NCBI GenBank assembly: GCA_041163265.1
Contig: JBEARL010000001.1
Span: 7,750-71,749, forward strand
Source of the DNA: Actinomycetota bacterium
GTDB taxonomy: Bacteria > Actinomycetota > Nitriliruptoria > Nitriliruptorales > Nitriliruptoraceae
Reading direction: 5' to 3'
Length of the DNA stretch: 64,000 bases
The position numbers and the translations under genes are program-made. The notes below the pieces were generated by a model, which ran no database searches, had not been told where the DNA came from, and saw only the letters and a program-made list of their open reading frames with translations. Below, piece after piece: positions 9,247-18,107 of the stretch. Position 1 is the first letter of the stretch. Every line of letters starts with the position of its first letter.

Positions 9247-10311
9247 TCAGGCCAGCCTGGCGGCCATCCAGTCGGCGGTCTGGTTCCGGTAGCGGTACGC
9301 CCGGTTGTTCGCGACGTGGTTGCCGTCCTCGATCATGAGCAGCCGGACCTCGCCGCCGGCCTCGGCCGCCAGCCGCTCGGCCCCGGCCGGCGGGACGAGG
9401 CGGTCCTGCCCGCCCATCACGATGAACAGCGGGCATCGGATGTTCCCGGCGACGCCGGCCAGCGTCAGGCTCCGGCCGTGCTCCAGTGCCTCCTCCTGCG
9501 AGGTGGCGCCGCTCCGGTGCGTGAACGCCTGTCGGGTCAGCTCGGGCAGGCCGTCCCAGCCCGCGGCCCAGTCGTAGGGACCGGCGAGCGCGATGCAGGC
9601 CCGGGCACGGGGCTCGAACGCGGCGGCCCGGGGTGCGTAGTAGCCGCCGAGGCTCACTCCCCACAGCCCGATGCGGTCGGGGTCGAGGTCGTCCCGGGTC
9701 TGGAGGTGGTCGATGACCGCCGCCACCGGGACCTCGTAGTCGCCGCGGATGGTGAGGTCGTACTCGGCCTCGCCCTGGCCGGGGCCGTCGAAGGCGAAGG
9801 TCGCGAGCCCGCGTGCGAGGAACAGCTCCTCGTACGCGTGCATCTCCTCCTTCGCCGAGTCGAGCCCCATGATCATGACGACGACCGGAGGGCGGGTGCT
9901 GCCCCGAGGACGGCGGAGGTTCCCGACCATCCGGCTGCCGTCGAACGGGATCTCGACACGCTCTCCGACGTGGTCCAGGTGGGGGAGCGCGTCGTTCCTG
10001 CAGGCGACGGCCCGCAGGTGTGCCGCGCGCATCTCGTCCGGGTGCTGGACGAAGAGGAACTTCCCGAAGTGGTAGCAGACGCCAGCGGTGGTGAGGTGGT
10101 CGGCGGCGCTGCGTGTCCGCCCCTCGGCCAGGGCCTCGCGTCCGATCGCCTCGTGCACGGCGGCACGCTCGGCCCACCGGGCGCACCAGTCGTCCCACGA
10201 GTCGACCGCGGCGGTCACCTCCTGGAAGTCGGTGAGCGGGACGCCGTTCGCTACGAAGCGCGGTGCCCAGTGCGAGATCGCCGCGGTGACGCGCGGGTCG
10301 GTGGTTGCCAC
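9247..10311 (-). CDS. alpha/beta hydrolase with helical N-terminal cap (FrsA / 2,6-dihydroxypseudooxynicotine-hydrolase-like), paralog H1
   Basis: GTG behind a GGAGGA RBS. Motifs HWAPRFVANG, FDGPGQGE, nucleophile elbow GVSLGG, GGQDRL, GNH. 354 aa. Confidence 0.85.
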   Translation of the reverse strand: MATTDPRVTAAISHWAPRFVANGVPLTDFQEVTAAVDSWDDWCARWAERAAVHEAIGREALAEGRTRSAADHLTTAGVCYHFGKFLFVQHPDEMRAAHLRAVACRNDALPHLDHVGERVEIPFDGSRMVGNLRRPRGSTRPPVVVMIMGLDSAKEEMHAYEELFLARGLATFAFDGPGQGEAEYDLTIRGDYEVPVAAVIDHLQTRDDLDPDRIGLWGVSLGGYYAPRAAAFEPRARACIALAGPYDWAAGWDGLPELTRQAFTHRSGATSQEEALEHGRSLTLAGVAGNIRCPLFIVMGGQDRLVPPAGAERLAAEAGGEVRLLMIEDGNHVANNRAYRYRNQTADWMAARLA

Positions 10312-10330
10312 GTCCAGGTCCTCCGGTCGG

Positions 10331-11308
10331 TCAGCGGTCGATCAGCTTCATCATGCCGGGCCCGTACCGCTCGCCGGCGACCCCCACACCGAGGAGGGCG
10401 TCGAGCTCGGCGAGGTCGTCCGCGGTCAGCACGACGTCGAGCGCACCGAGGTTCGTCTCGAGGTTCGCGCGCCTGGTGGTGCCCGGGATCGGGACGACGT
10501 CCGGTCCCTGGGCCAGCACCCAGGCGAGCGCGACTTGCGCCGGGGCGGCGTCGTGCCGCGTCGCGACCCGCGCCACCACCTCGACCAGCGCGAGGTTCCG
10601 GGCGAGGTTGTCGGGGGCGAACCGGGGGTTGTTGCGGCGGGTGTCCTTCTCGTCGAGCACCTCGACGTCGCGGATCGCACCGGTCAGGAACCCGCGCCCG
10701 AGCGGGCTGTACGCGACCAGCGTGACACCCAGTTCGCGCGCGACCGGCAGCACGTCGGACTCGACCTCCCGGGTCCAGAGCGAGTACTCGCTCTGGAGCG
10801 CCGCGATCGGATGGACCGCGTGGGCGCGTCGCAGCGTGTCCGCTCCGACCTCGGAGAGGCCGAGGTGGCGGACCTTCCCGGCCGCGACCAGCTCGGCCAT
10901 CGCGCCGACGGTCTCCTCGATGGGGACGTCGCGGTCGAGGCGGTGCAGGTAGTACAGGTCGATGACGTCGGTCCCGAGGCGCGCCAGCGAGGCGTCGCAG
11001 GCCTGCCGGACGTACGCGGGGGAGCCGTCGATGTGGCGGGTCCCGTCGTCGTGCCGGACCTGGCCGAACTTGGTCGCGAGCACGAGACGGTCACGCGCGT
11101 CGCGGATCCAGCCGCCGACCATCGTCTCGTTCGTGAACGGGCCGTAGCTGTCGGCCGTGTCGATGAGCGTGATGCCCGCCTCGATCGCCCGCCGGACCGT
11201 CCGCTCGACCTCGTCGAGGTCGGGTCGTCCGTAGGCGGTGATCCCGAAGCAGCCGTAGCCGATGGCGCTGACCAGCGGTCCGTCCGAGCCGAGGCGTCTC
11301 GACTCCAT
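10331..11308 (-). CDS. aldo/keto reductase
   Basis: Internal ATG (MESRRLG...) of ORF 10331..11686. The upstream part is low-complexity and overlaps osmC on the other strand. AKR motifs GYGCFG, DTADSYG, LGLSE. 325 aa. Confidence 0.85.
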   Translation of the reverse strand: MESRRLGSDGPLVSAIGYGCFGITAYGRPDLDEVERTVRRAIEAGITLIDTADSYGPFTNETMVGGWIRDARDRLVLATKFGQVRHDDGTRHIDGSPAYVRQACDASLARLGTDVIDLYYLHRLDRDVPIEETVGAMAELVAAGKVRHLGLSEVGADTLRRAHAVHPIAALQSEYSLWTREVESDVLPVARELGVTLVAYSPLGRGFLTGAIRDVEVLDEKDTRRNNPRFAPDNLARNLALVEVVARVATRHDAAPAQVALAWVLAQGPDVVPIPGTTRRANLETNLGALDVVLTADDLAELDALLGVGVAGERYGPGMMKLIDR

Positions 11309-11366
11309 GCGTCTCCCACCCGCCGAACGACCCCCCGGTCGTCGGCTGCCGGCCCGGAGCGTAGTC

Positions 11367-11380
11367 CACAATCGATTGCC
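11367..11380. promoter_or_regulatory. LacI-type operator candidate O2 (CACAATCGATTGCC)
   Basis: Lies in the 133-bp divergent gap between the AKR-hydrolase-LacI operon and the osmC-Mo-enzyme operon. Near-identical to O8. Confidence 0.6.
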
Positions 11381-11441
11381 GGACCCCCACCAACTATGCT
11401 CGGGGCGCGCCAGGAGGCGCACGGGACCGGGGGGTTCGAGC

Positions 11442-11951
11442 ATGGCGGGCCGGGTCGTCGAGGAGCAGGATCCCACCGCGTCCGTCGTCCGTCGACGGCG
11501 CATCACCGCGCGCAACGGTGCGACCATGCGGACCGACGTCGAGGTCGTCGCGGACGCGTTGGTCGAGGCGCACCGTCTCACGACCGACGAACCCGTGGGC
11601 GGTGGAGGCACGGGTGCCGGGCCGACCCCGCTGACGACCGTCCTCGCCGCCCTCTGCGGCTGCGAGTCCGTGACCTTCAACCGCACGGCCGCCGAGATGG
11701 GGCTCGCGTACAGCGGGATCGAGTACGTCGCCGACTACACGATCGACATCCGGGGACGCAACGGCGACCGCTCTGTCCGCCCGCACTTCCAGACCGTGCG
11801 CATGGAGGCTGTCGTGACCACCGCGGCGTCCGCGGACGAACTCGCCGCCGTCGTCGCCGAGACCGAGGCCCGGTGCCCGGTCTTCAACCTGCTGAGCGAC
11901 GCCGGCGTGAAGGTCGAGACCGTCTGGATCCGGAGGGATCCGACGGCATGA
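11442..11951 (+). CDS. OsmC/Ohr-family protein
   Basis: ATG 11442 in ORF 11262..11951. Paired conserved Cys contexts ALCGCES and EARCPVFN. 169 aa. Its stop overlaps the next start (ATGA). Confidence 0.8.
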   Translation: MAGRVVEEQDPTASVVRRRRITARNGATMRTDVEVVADALVEAHRLTTDEPVGGGGTGAGPTPLTTVLAALCGCESVTFNRTAAEMGLAYSGIEYVADYTIDIRGRNGDRSVRPHFQTVRMEAVVTTAASADELAAVVAETEARCPVFNLLSDAGVKVETVWIRRDPTA

Positions 11952-14605
11952 GCGACGCCGGCACCCGCCTCGAGGTCAACGGTGCGCCAGCGACGCTGAC
12001 GGGTGACCCGGGTGATCCGCTCCTGTTCGCGCTCCGCGAGCAGCTCGGGCTGCGTGGCGTCAGGCCCGGCTGCACGGTCGGGGAGTGCGGGTCCTGCACG
12101 GTGCTCGTCGACGGGGCGGCGGTCGCGTCGTGCCAGACCACGGTCGGCGACGTCCGCGACCGCGCGGTGACCACCCCCGAGGGGTTGGCCGGTCCCGACG
12201 GCGACCATCCGGTCCGCGCCGCGTTCCTCGCGCTCGAGGCCGCCCAGTGCGGGTACTGCATCGACGGCATCATGATGCGCGTCGCCGCCATCGCCGCACG
12301 TCCCGACCGACCCGCGGACCTCCGTGCGCTGGCCGCCGAGCTCGATCCGCAGCTCTGCCGCTGCGGCACGCACGCACGGATCCTCGAGGCGGCGGCCCGG
12401 GTCGTGCTCGGTGCTGATGCGCCTGCTCCGAGCACCTGCGAACTGCGCCGCTGCGATGCCTGCGGGGACGCGGCCCCATCCGACGGTCCGCCGCCGCTCG
12501 TCCGCGACGCCGGTGACGTCGGGGACTGGCTCCGCATCGCGTCCGACGGTCGGGTCGAGGTCCTGACGGGCCGCTCGGAGATCGGGCAGGCCGTCCACAC
12601 CGCCCTGCGCCAGGTCGTCGCCGCCCACCTCGGTCTCGCGCCGGACCTGGTCCGCGTCATCGCCCCGTCGACGGACATCAGCCGGGACGAGGGGTTCACG
12701 GCCGGCAGCCGCTCGGTCATGGAGGGCGGCGAGGCGGTCGCGATGGCGGCCGTCGGACTGCGTCGGCTCGTGCTGGCCCGGGCCGCCGAGCGCTCGGGGC
12801 ACCCGCTCGAGGCCCTGCACCTCACCTCCGACGGCACGGTCGTCGGGCCGAGCGGCCCCGTGGGTGACCTGTTCGCGCCCGGCGACCAGCCGCTCGTCGG
12901 TGCCATCCTCGCGTCCGATCGGCCCGACTGGACGCTTGCCGGGCTGGGTGCACCTGAACGACGGGCGGACCTCGCGGCGAAGCTGGGTGGACCCGCGTAC
13001 GTGCACGACCTGGACCTGCCAGGGACGCTGCACGCCCGGTTGGTGCTGCCACCGAGTCCGGCGGCGACCCTGGTCGCGACCGACACGGCCGCGATCCGCG
13101 CCATGGAGGGGGTCGTCGCCGTCGTGGAGGACGGGCGTCTGCTCGCGGTCATCGCCGAGCGCGAGGCGGTCGCGGTCCGGGCGGCAGCGGCCCTCGAGGC
13201 GCGCACCACGTGGGACGACCCGGGGCTGGGGCTGACCGACACGGTCCTCGCGACGATGCGGGCTCAGCCGTCCCGGCCGCATGTCGCACGGCAGGACGAC
13301 GGTGTCGACGCGGCGCTCGCCGCGGGCCGGCGCATCGATGCCACCTACACGAAGCCGTACCAGTCCCACGGGTCGATGTCGCCGTCCGCGGCGGTCGCAT
13401 GGCTGCGTGACGGTGCGATGGAGGTCTGGTCGCACACGCAGGGGGTGTTCCAGCTGCGCAAGGAGCTGGCGACGCTGCTCGGTGGCGCGGTCGACACCGT
13501 CGCGGTCCATCACCGCGACGGTCCCGGTTCCTACGGTCAGAACGCGGCCGACGACGCGGCGGCGTTCGCCGCGGTGCTGGCGCTGACCGTCCCGGGTCGG
13601 CCGGTCCGGCTGCACCTCGGGGTGACCGACGAGTTCCACTGGGAGCCGTACGGGTCGGCGATGGCCGCCGACCTCTCGGCGGCGCTCGACAGCGATGGGC
13701 GCGTCGTCGCGTGGCGTCACCGCACCCTGACCGACGGCCACATGAACCGGCCCTCGGGGCAGGGCGACCGCACCGCCGTGGCCTGGCTGCGGGCCGGCGG
13801 GCCGACCCCGCCGGTCCCGGCGGTGACCGAGGGCGGTGCCCGCAACATCCTGCCGATCTACGCGGTGCCGCTGGTCGAGGGCATCGCGGAGCACACTCCC
13901 GGTCCGCTTCGGAGCGGCTCGCTGCGGTCGCTGGGGTCGTTCCACAACGTCTTCGCCCAGGAGTCCTTCATGGACGAGCTGGCCGAGGCGGCCGGGCAGG
14001 ATCCGGTGGCGTTCCGGCTCGCGCACCTTGACGACCCGCGGGCACGGGCCGTGCTCGAGGCGGCGGTCGAGGCCGCCGGATGGACGCCGCACGTCGGCCC
14101 GAGCGGCCGCGGACAGGGCGTCGCGCTCAGCCGCTACCACGACACGATGGGGTACGCGGCCGTGGTCGCCGAGGTCGAGGTCGACGTCGACGCCGACGTG
14201 CTGGCGGTGCGGCGCCTCGTGATCGCCTCGGACCTCGGCACGGTCGTCAGCCCCGAAGGGGCCCGCCAGCAGCTCGAGGGCGGGGCGCTCCAGGGCGTCA
14301 GCCGCGCTCTGCACGAGGAGCTGCGCGTCGATCGTCGCGGGGTCCGTACCGACAGCTGGGAGACCTACCCGGTGCTGCGCTTCTCGGACGTCCCGCGCAT
14401 CGAGCTGATCCTTCTGGACCGGCCCGGCGACCGGCCGCTCGGGGCCGGCGAGGTCACGACCCCGCCGACGCCGGCGGCCATCGCCAACGCGCTGGACGAC
14501 GCGACCGGCATCCGCCTGCGTGACCTGCCGCTGACGACGTCGGCGCTCCGCGACCGGGTGCTCGGGATGGACGAGGCCGAGCTCGGCCGCGTCCTCCTCG
14601 GCTGA
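11948..14605 (+). CDS. single-chain molybdenum hydroxylase: IorA-like [2Fe-2S] domain fused to an IorB-like molybdopterin-binding subunit (xanthine oxidase family)
   Basis: Real start is ATG 11948 inside the artefactual 1505-aa ORF 10088..14605. The N-terminal ~160 aa carry CTVGECGSCTV, CGYC and CRCGTH. The remaining ~700 aa resemble an aldehyde oxidase/xanthine dehydrogenase a/b hammerhead plus MoCo-binding region. 885 aa. Confidence 0.85.
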   Translation: MSDAGTRLEVNGAPATLTGDPGDPLLFALREQLGLRGVRPGCTVGECGSCTVLVDGAAVASCQTTVGDVRDRAVTTPEGLAGPDGDHPVRAAFLALEAAQCGYCIDGIMMRVAAIAARPDRPADLRALAAELDPQLCRCGTHARILEAAARVVLGADAPAPSTCELRRCDACGDAAPSDGPPPLVRDAGDVGDWLRIASDGRVEVLTGRSEIGQAVHTALRQVVAAHLGLAPDLVRVIAPSTDISRDEGFTAGSRSVMEGGEAVAMAAVGLRRLVLARAAERSGHPLEALHLTSDGTVVGPSGPVGDLFAPGDQPLVGAILASDRPDWTLAGLGAPERRADLAAKLGGPAYVHDLDLPGTLHARLVLPPSPAATLVATDTAAIRAMEGVVAVVEDGRLLAVIAEREAVAVRAAAALEARTTWDDPGLGLTDTVLATMRAQPSRPHVARQDDGVDAALAAGRRIDATYTKPYQSHGSMSPSAAVAWLRDGAMEVWSHTQGVFQLRKELATLLGGAVDTVAVHHRDGPGSYGQNAADDAAAFAAVLALTVPGRPVRLHLGVTDEFHWEPYGSAMAADLSAALDSDGRVVAWRHRTLTDGHMNRPSGQGDRTAVAWLRAGGPTPPVPAVTEGGARNILPIYAVPLVEGIAEHTPGPLRSGSLRSLGSFHNVFAQESFMDELAEAAGQDPVAFRLAHLDDPRARAVLEAAVEAAGWTPHVGPSGRGQGVALSRYHDTMGYAAVVAEVEVDVDADVLAVRRLVIASDLGTVVSPEGARQQLEGGALQGVSRALHEELRVDRRGVRTDSWETYPVLRFSDVPRIELILLDRPGDRPLGAGEVTTPPTPAAIANALDDATGIRLRDLPLTTSALRDRVLGMDEAELGRVLLG

Positions 14606-14610
14606 CGCCG

Positions 14611-15375
14611 ATGGAGTCGCTGCCGGACCTCGGCGAGCTGGCGCTGATCCTGGCGGCCATCGCGGTCGGGTCGTTCGTGAAGGGCGTGACGGGGAGCGGC
14701 CTGCCGCAGATCGCCGTCCCCGTCATCGCCGTGTTCCTGGGAGTGGAGCGCGCCGTCGTGATCATGGCGATCCCGGGCATCGTCACGAACACCATGATGA
14801 TGTGGCAGCACCGGGCGTCGGTCCGGGAGACGCGCGATCTCCCGGTGCTGGTCGGGTTCGGGATGGTCGGATCCGTGCTCGGGACGATCGGGCTCGCGAG
14901 GCTCGACCCGGCCATCCTGTCGCTGACGCTCGCTGGCGTCGGTGCGCTGTACGTGACCCTGTTCCTGAGCCGGTTCGAGGTGCGCCTGTCGCCGCGGGTG
15001 ACGCGGTACGCCTCGCCGCCTGTCGGCCTCGCCGCCGGGATGCTGCAGGGCTCGACGGGGATCTCGGGGCCGCTCCTCAACACGTACCTGCACGCGTTCC
15101 GGATCGGGCGGTCGCCGTTCATCCTCTCCATCGTGACGCTGTTCAACCTGCTCGCCCTCGCACAGGTCGCGGCGCTCGTCCAGCTGGACCTGTTCACCCC
15201 GAACCGGCTGGTCGAGAGCGCGCTCGCGCTGGTGCCCATGCTGGTCTTCCTGCCCATCGGGGCGCGCTTCTCCGCACGGCTGAGCCAGCAGCGCTTCGAC
15301 CGCTACCTGATCACGCTCGTCTCCATCTCGGCCCTGCTGCTCGCCTGGGAGGGCGTGACGGGCCTGCTCGGCTGA
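14611..15375 (+). CDS. TauE/SafE-family (DUF81) anion permease
   Basis: Starts 5 nt after the Mo-enzyme stop. About 8 hydrophobic segments. N-terminal motif FVKGVTGSGLPQIAVP is typical of the family. 254 aa. Confidence 0.8.
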   Translation: MESLPDLGELALILAAIAVGSFVKGVTGSGLPQIAVPVIAVFLGVERAVVIMAIPGIVTNTMMMWQHRASVRETRDLPVLVGFGMVGSVLGTIGLARLDPAILSLTLAGVGALYVTLFLSRFEVRLSPRVTRYASPPVGLAAGMLQGSTGISGPLLNTYLHAFRIGRSPFILSIVTLFNLLALAQVAALVQLDLFTPNRLVESALALVPMLVFLPIGARFSARLSQQRFDRYLITLVSISALLLAWEGVTGLLG

Positions 15376-15402
15376 ACGGCTACGGGACCACGGGGGGGAC
15401 CC

Positions 15403-16992
15403 ATGCAGGCAGGGGAGCGCACCACCACGGCCGACGTCGTCGTCGCGGGTGCCGGCCACAACGGGCTGATCGCGGCCGCCTACCTGGCCCGTGCCGGGCG
15501 GCGCGTCGTCGTGCTGGACGCCCGTGACGTCCCGGGCGGCGGTGCGGCCAGCGAGGAGCTGCTGGTCCCGGGGTTCCGGGTCGACAGCTGCTCGACGGGC
15601 CACACGCTGATCCTCGACCATCCCGTGATCGCGGCCGACGAGCTGGGTCTCGTCGGCCGGCACGGGCTCGAGTACCTGCATCCCGACCCGGTGGCGGCCG
15701 TCGTGTTCCCCGACGGGGAGCATCTCCTGATGCACCTCGACCCGGCCGGGACCGAGCGCGAGCTGGCCCGGTTCTCGCGCGCCGACGCCCACGCGTTCCG
15801 GCGGCTCCTCGAGGAGTGGGCCGCGGTCGCGCCGGCGTTCCGGGCCGCGAGCCAGACCCCCATCGGGATGGGGCCGGGCCTGGACGAGCTGCTCGCCGGA
15901 TGCCCCGGAGGTGACATCTGGCGGCGACGCCGGCAGCTCAGCGCCTGGGACGTCGTGAACCGCGAGTACGAGAGCCGCCACGTCCGGGCCTTCATGCTCT
16001 GGATGGCGTTCCAGACCTACGTGTCGGTCGACCTCCCGGGGTCGGGTGCCCTCGCGGTGTCGGTTCTGGCCGGCCGGCAGCGCAGCAGCTGGGCCATCCC
16101 GCGCGGGGGCAGCGGTCGCCTGACCGAGACGCTCGTCGCCGAGGTCGAGCGCCTCGGCGGGACCGTCCTGTGCGGGCGTCGCGTCGCACGGCTGCTCATC
16201 GACGGTGATCGCTGCGTCGGCGTCGAGACGACCGAGGGCGAGCGGTTCCTCGGCACCGACGCCGTCGTGTCGTCGATCCACGTCAAGCACCTGCTCGACA
16301 TGGCCCCGCGCGAGGTCTGGCCCGAGTCGTTCTCGTACGGGGTCGAGACGTTCGACACGGGTCTTCCGATGTTCGCCGTGCACCTCGCGACCGACGCCCG
16401 GCCGCGCCTGCGCGGCGTGCCGGACCCCGGGATGGCCGTGTCGTCGGGGGTCGTGCGCTGGCCGGAGGACCTCGTCGCCGGCCTCCGGCGGGCGCGCGAT
16501 CGGGCGCCGCAGCAGGAGCTGCCCTGGATCCTCATCGCGACGCCGACGCTCACCGACCCGAGCCGGGCACCTGAGGGACACCACACGGTCAAGCTGCTGA
16601 CCGTGGTGTCGCCGACGCCGCCCGAGGGGTTCCCGGACTGGGACGCGGCGCGTGAGACGGTCGCGGCCGGGTTCATCGATCTGGCTCGGCGTCACGTGGA
16701 GGGACTCGAGGCCGAGCGCATCCTCGGCGTCCTCGCGAAGAGCCCGCTCGACCTCGAGCGCGCGAACCCCCACATGATCGGCGGGGCGCCCCACGGTGGC
16801 GACCGGGGGGTGGCGTTCAGCGGACCGCTGCGGCCGGCGCCCGGGTGGGCGCAGCACCGGATGCCGCTGCGCGGGCTCTACCAGACGGGTGGGACCACCC
16901 ATCCGGGCGGCTCGATCACGGGTGCGCCCGGCCACAACGCCGCGCGGGTGCTGCTTGCCGATCTCGGCCTGGACATCGGCGTGCCGGCGTGA
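15403..16992 (+). CDS. FAD-dependent oxidoreductase, phytoene desaturase (CrtI)/amine-oxidase-like, paralog 1
   Basis: Dinucleotide fold VVVAGAGHNGLIAAAYLARAG. C-terminal GGTTHPGGSITGAPGHNAA. 529 aa. About 50% identical by eye to the 25365..26939 product. Confidence 0.85.
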   Translation: MQAGERTTTADVVVAGAGHNGLIAAAYLARAGRRVVVLDARDVPGGGAASEELLVPGFRVDSCSTGHTLILDHPVIAADELGLVGRHGLEYLHPDPVAAVVFPDGEHLLMHLDPAGTERELARFSRADAHAFRRLLEEWAAVAPAFRAASQTPIGMGPGLDELLAGCPGGDIWRRRRQLSAWDVVNREYESRHVRAFMLWMAFQTYVSVDLPGSGALAVSVLAGRQRSSWAIPRGGSGRLTETLVAEVERLGGTVLCGRRVARLLIDGDRCVGVETTEGERFLGTDAVVSSIHVKHLLDMAPREVWPESFSYGVETFDTGLPMFAVHLATDARPRLRGVPDPGMAVSSGVVRWPEDLVAGLRRARDRAPQQELPWILIATPTLTDPSRAPEGHHTVKLLTVVSPTPPEGFPDWDAARETVAAGFIDLARRHVEGLEAERILGVLAKSPLDLERANPHMIGGAPHGGDRGVAFSGPLRPAPGWAQHRMPLRGLYQTGGTTHPGGSITGAPGHNAARVLLADLGLDIGVPA

Positions 16993-17918
16993 ACGTCGGC
17001 GGCATCCTCGCGGCGCTCGGCGCCGCGACCGCGTTCTCGCTCTTCCAGGTCGCGAACGGCCGAGCGCTGACCCGCCTCGACGTGGCCAGGGGGACCCGCT
17101 GGCTGCTGCTGACGGGGGCGGTCGTCCTCGGTCTCGGCACCGTCGCGACCGAGGGGCTGGCCCCCTGGCGCTCGGCGCCCCCGCTGGCGCTGGCGGCCGC
17201 GGCCGGTGCTGGACTCCTGCACTTCCTTCTGGGTTGGACGCTGCTCGGGACGGCTCAGCAGCGCATCGGTGTCGCCCGGACCGGGGCGCTCGTCGGGGCC
17301 GTCCCGCTGTTCGGGGCGCTCCTGGCGTGGGCGACGCTCGGCGAGGCGCTCACCGCCGTCCAGCTGGTCGGGCTCCTGGCGGTCGTGGCCGGTGTCGGCA
17401 TCATCGCGACCGGTCGTGCGAGCGGCGATGCGCCGGACGCAGGACGGACCGCCGGGACCTTGGCGGCCCTCGGGACGGCACTCTGCTGGGCGACCTCCCC
17501 GGTGCTCATCCGCATCGCGCTCGAGGGGGTCGGTTCGCCCGCCGCGGCGGCGACGATCGGACTGCTGGCGGGTGCGCTCGTCAGCATGGCTCGCGGCGCG
17601 CTCCTCGGTGCCATCGCCCGTCCCGCCGGGACAGGGGCAGAGGTGCCCGGTGCCGTGGTCACGCCCCGAGGTCGGGGCCCGATCGGTCTGGTCGTCCTCG
17701 CCGGGGTGCTCGTGGCGTCGGCACTCTGGTGCCAGTGGACGGCGCTGGATCTGCTCCCCGTCGCCCCGGTCCTGGTCCTCCTCCAGCTGACGCCCGTGCT
17801 CGTCCCGCTGCTGGCGCGCCTGTCGCCGACCGGGCCGGCCGGTCCCGCACTCGCACGACTGCTGCCCGGACTGGTCGCCGTCGTGGGCGGGTCCACGACG
17901 GTGATCCTGGCGGGGTGA
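16989..17918 (+). CDS. DMT-superfamily (EamA) transporter
   Basis: GTG 16989 overlaps the upstream stop (GTGA). About ten hydrophobic helices arranged as two EamA-like halves. 309 aa. Confidence 0.75.
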   Translation: MNVGGILAALGAATAFSLFQVANGRALTRLDVARGTRWLLLTGAVVLGLGTVATEGLAPWRSAPPLALAAAAGAGLLHFLLGWTLLGTAQQRIGVARTGALVGAVPLFGALLAWATLGEALTAVQLVGLLAVVAGVGIIATGRASGDAPDAGRTAGTLAALGTALCWATSPVLIRIALEGVGSPAAAATIGLLAGALVSMARGALLGAIARPAGTGAEVPGAVVTPRGRGPIGLVVLAGVLVASALWCQWTALDLLPVAPVLVLLQLTPVLVPLLARLSPTGPAGPALARLLPGLVAVVGGSTTVILAG

Positions 17919-17966
17919 CCAGCAGGCGCCTGCCCGCCGACCGGCGACCCAGGACCGCGCAGCGTC

Positions 17967-17984
17967 GCCGCAAACCTTTGCGGC
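17967..17984. other. perfect 18-bp palindrome GCCGCAAACCTTTGCGGC
   Basis: Lies 49 nt after the EamA stop and 62 nt before O3. It could be a terminator stem or an auxiliary half-matching operator (GCAAAC..TTTGC). Confidence 0.4.
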
Positions 17985-18040
17985 GCTGCAGCCGACGGGG
18001 GACGCCATCCCGGGCCAGATGAGCGAACTGTGGCCGTGGC

Positions 18041-18068
18041 TTGACTGCAACCGTTTGTGCCTTAGGAT
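18041..18068 (+). promoter_or_regulatory. sigma-70-type promoter candidate for the 18108.. operon
   Basis: TTGACT (18041..18046), a 16-nt spacer, then TAGGAT (18063..18068), about 40 nt before the ATG. Confidence 0.45.
18046..18059. promoter_or_regulatory. LacI-type operator candidate O3 (TGCAACCGTTTGTG)
   Basis: Sits in the spacer of the TTGACT-16-TAGGAT promoter upstream of the 2-hydroxyacid dehydrogenase operon. Confidence 0.6.
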
Positions 18069-18107
18069 GCCGGAGTCCGGGACGCCCGGAGTCCGGGGGG
18101 AGCGACC

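Noticed and set aside
10088-14605. Giant 1505-aa ORF
   Set aside because: The first 620 codons run antisense or out of frame through the hydrolase H1, AKR and osmC genes and are Arg/Ala/Pro/Gly-rich. The recognisable protein starts at ATG 11948, which overlaps the osmC stop.
9247-14605. Assigning the island to the Arthrobacter-type nicotine pathway
   Set aside because: Only family-level echoes are present (Mo hydroxylase, DHPON-hydrolase-like fold, SSADH). Hallmark genes are absent from the window: three-subunit NDH/KDH, 6-hydroxynicotine oxidases and 2,6-dihydroxypyridine hydroxylase.
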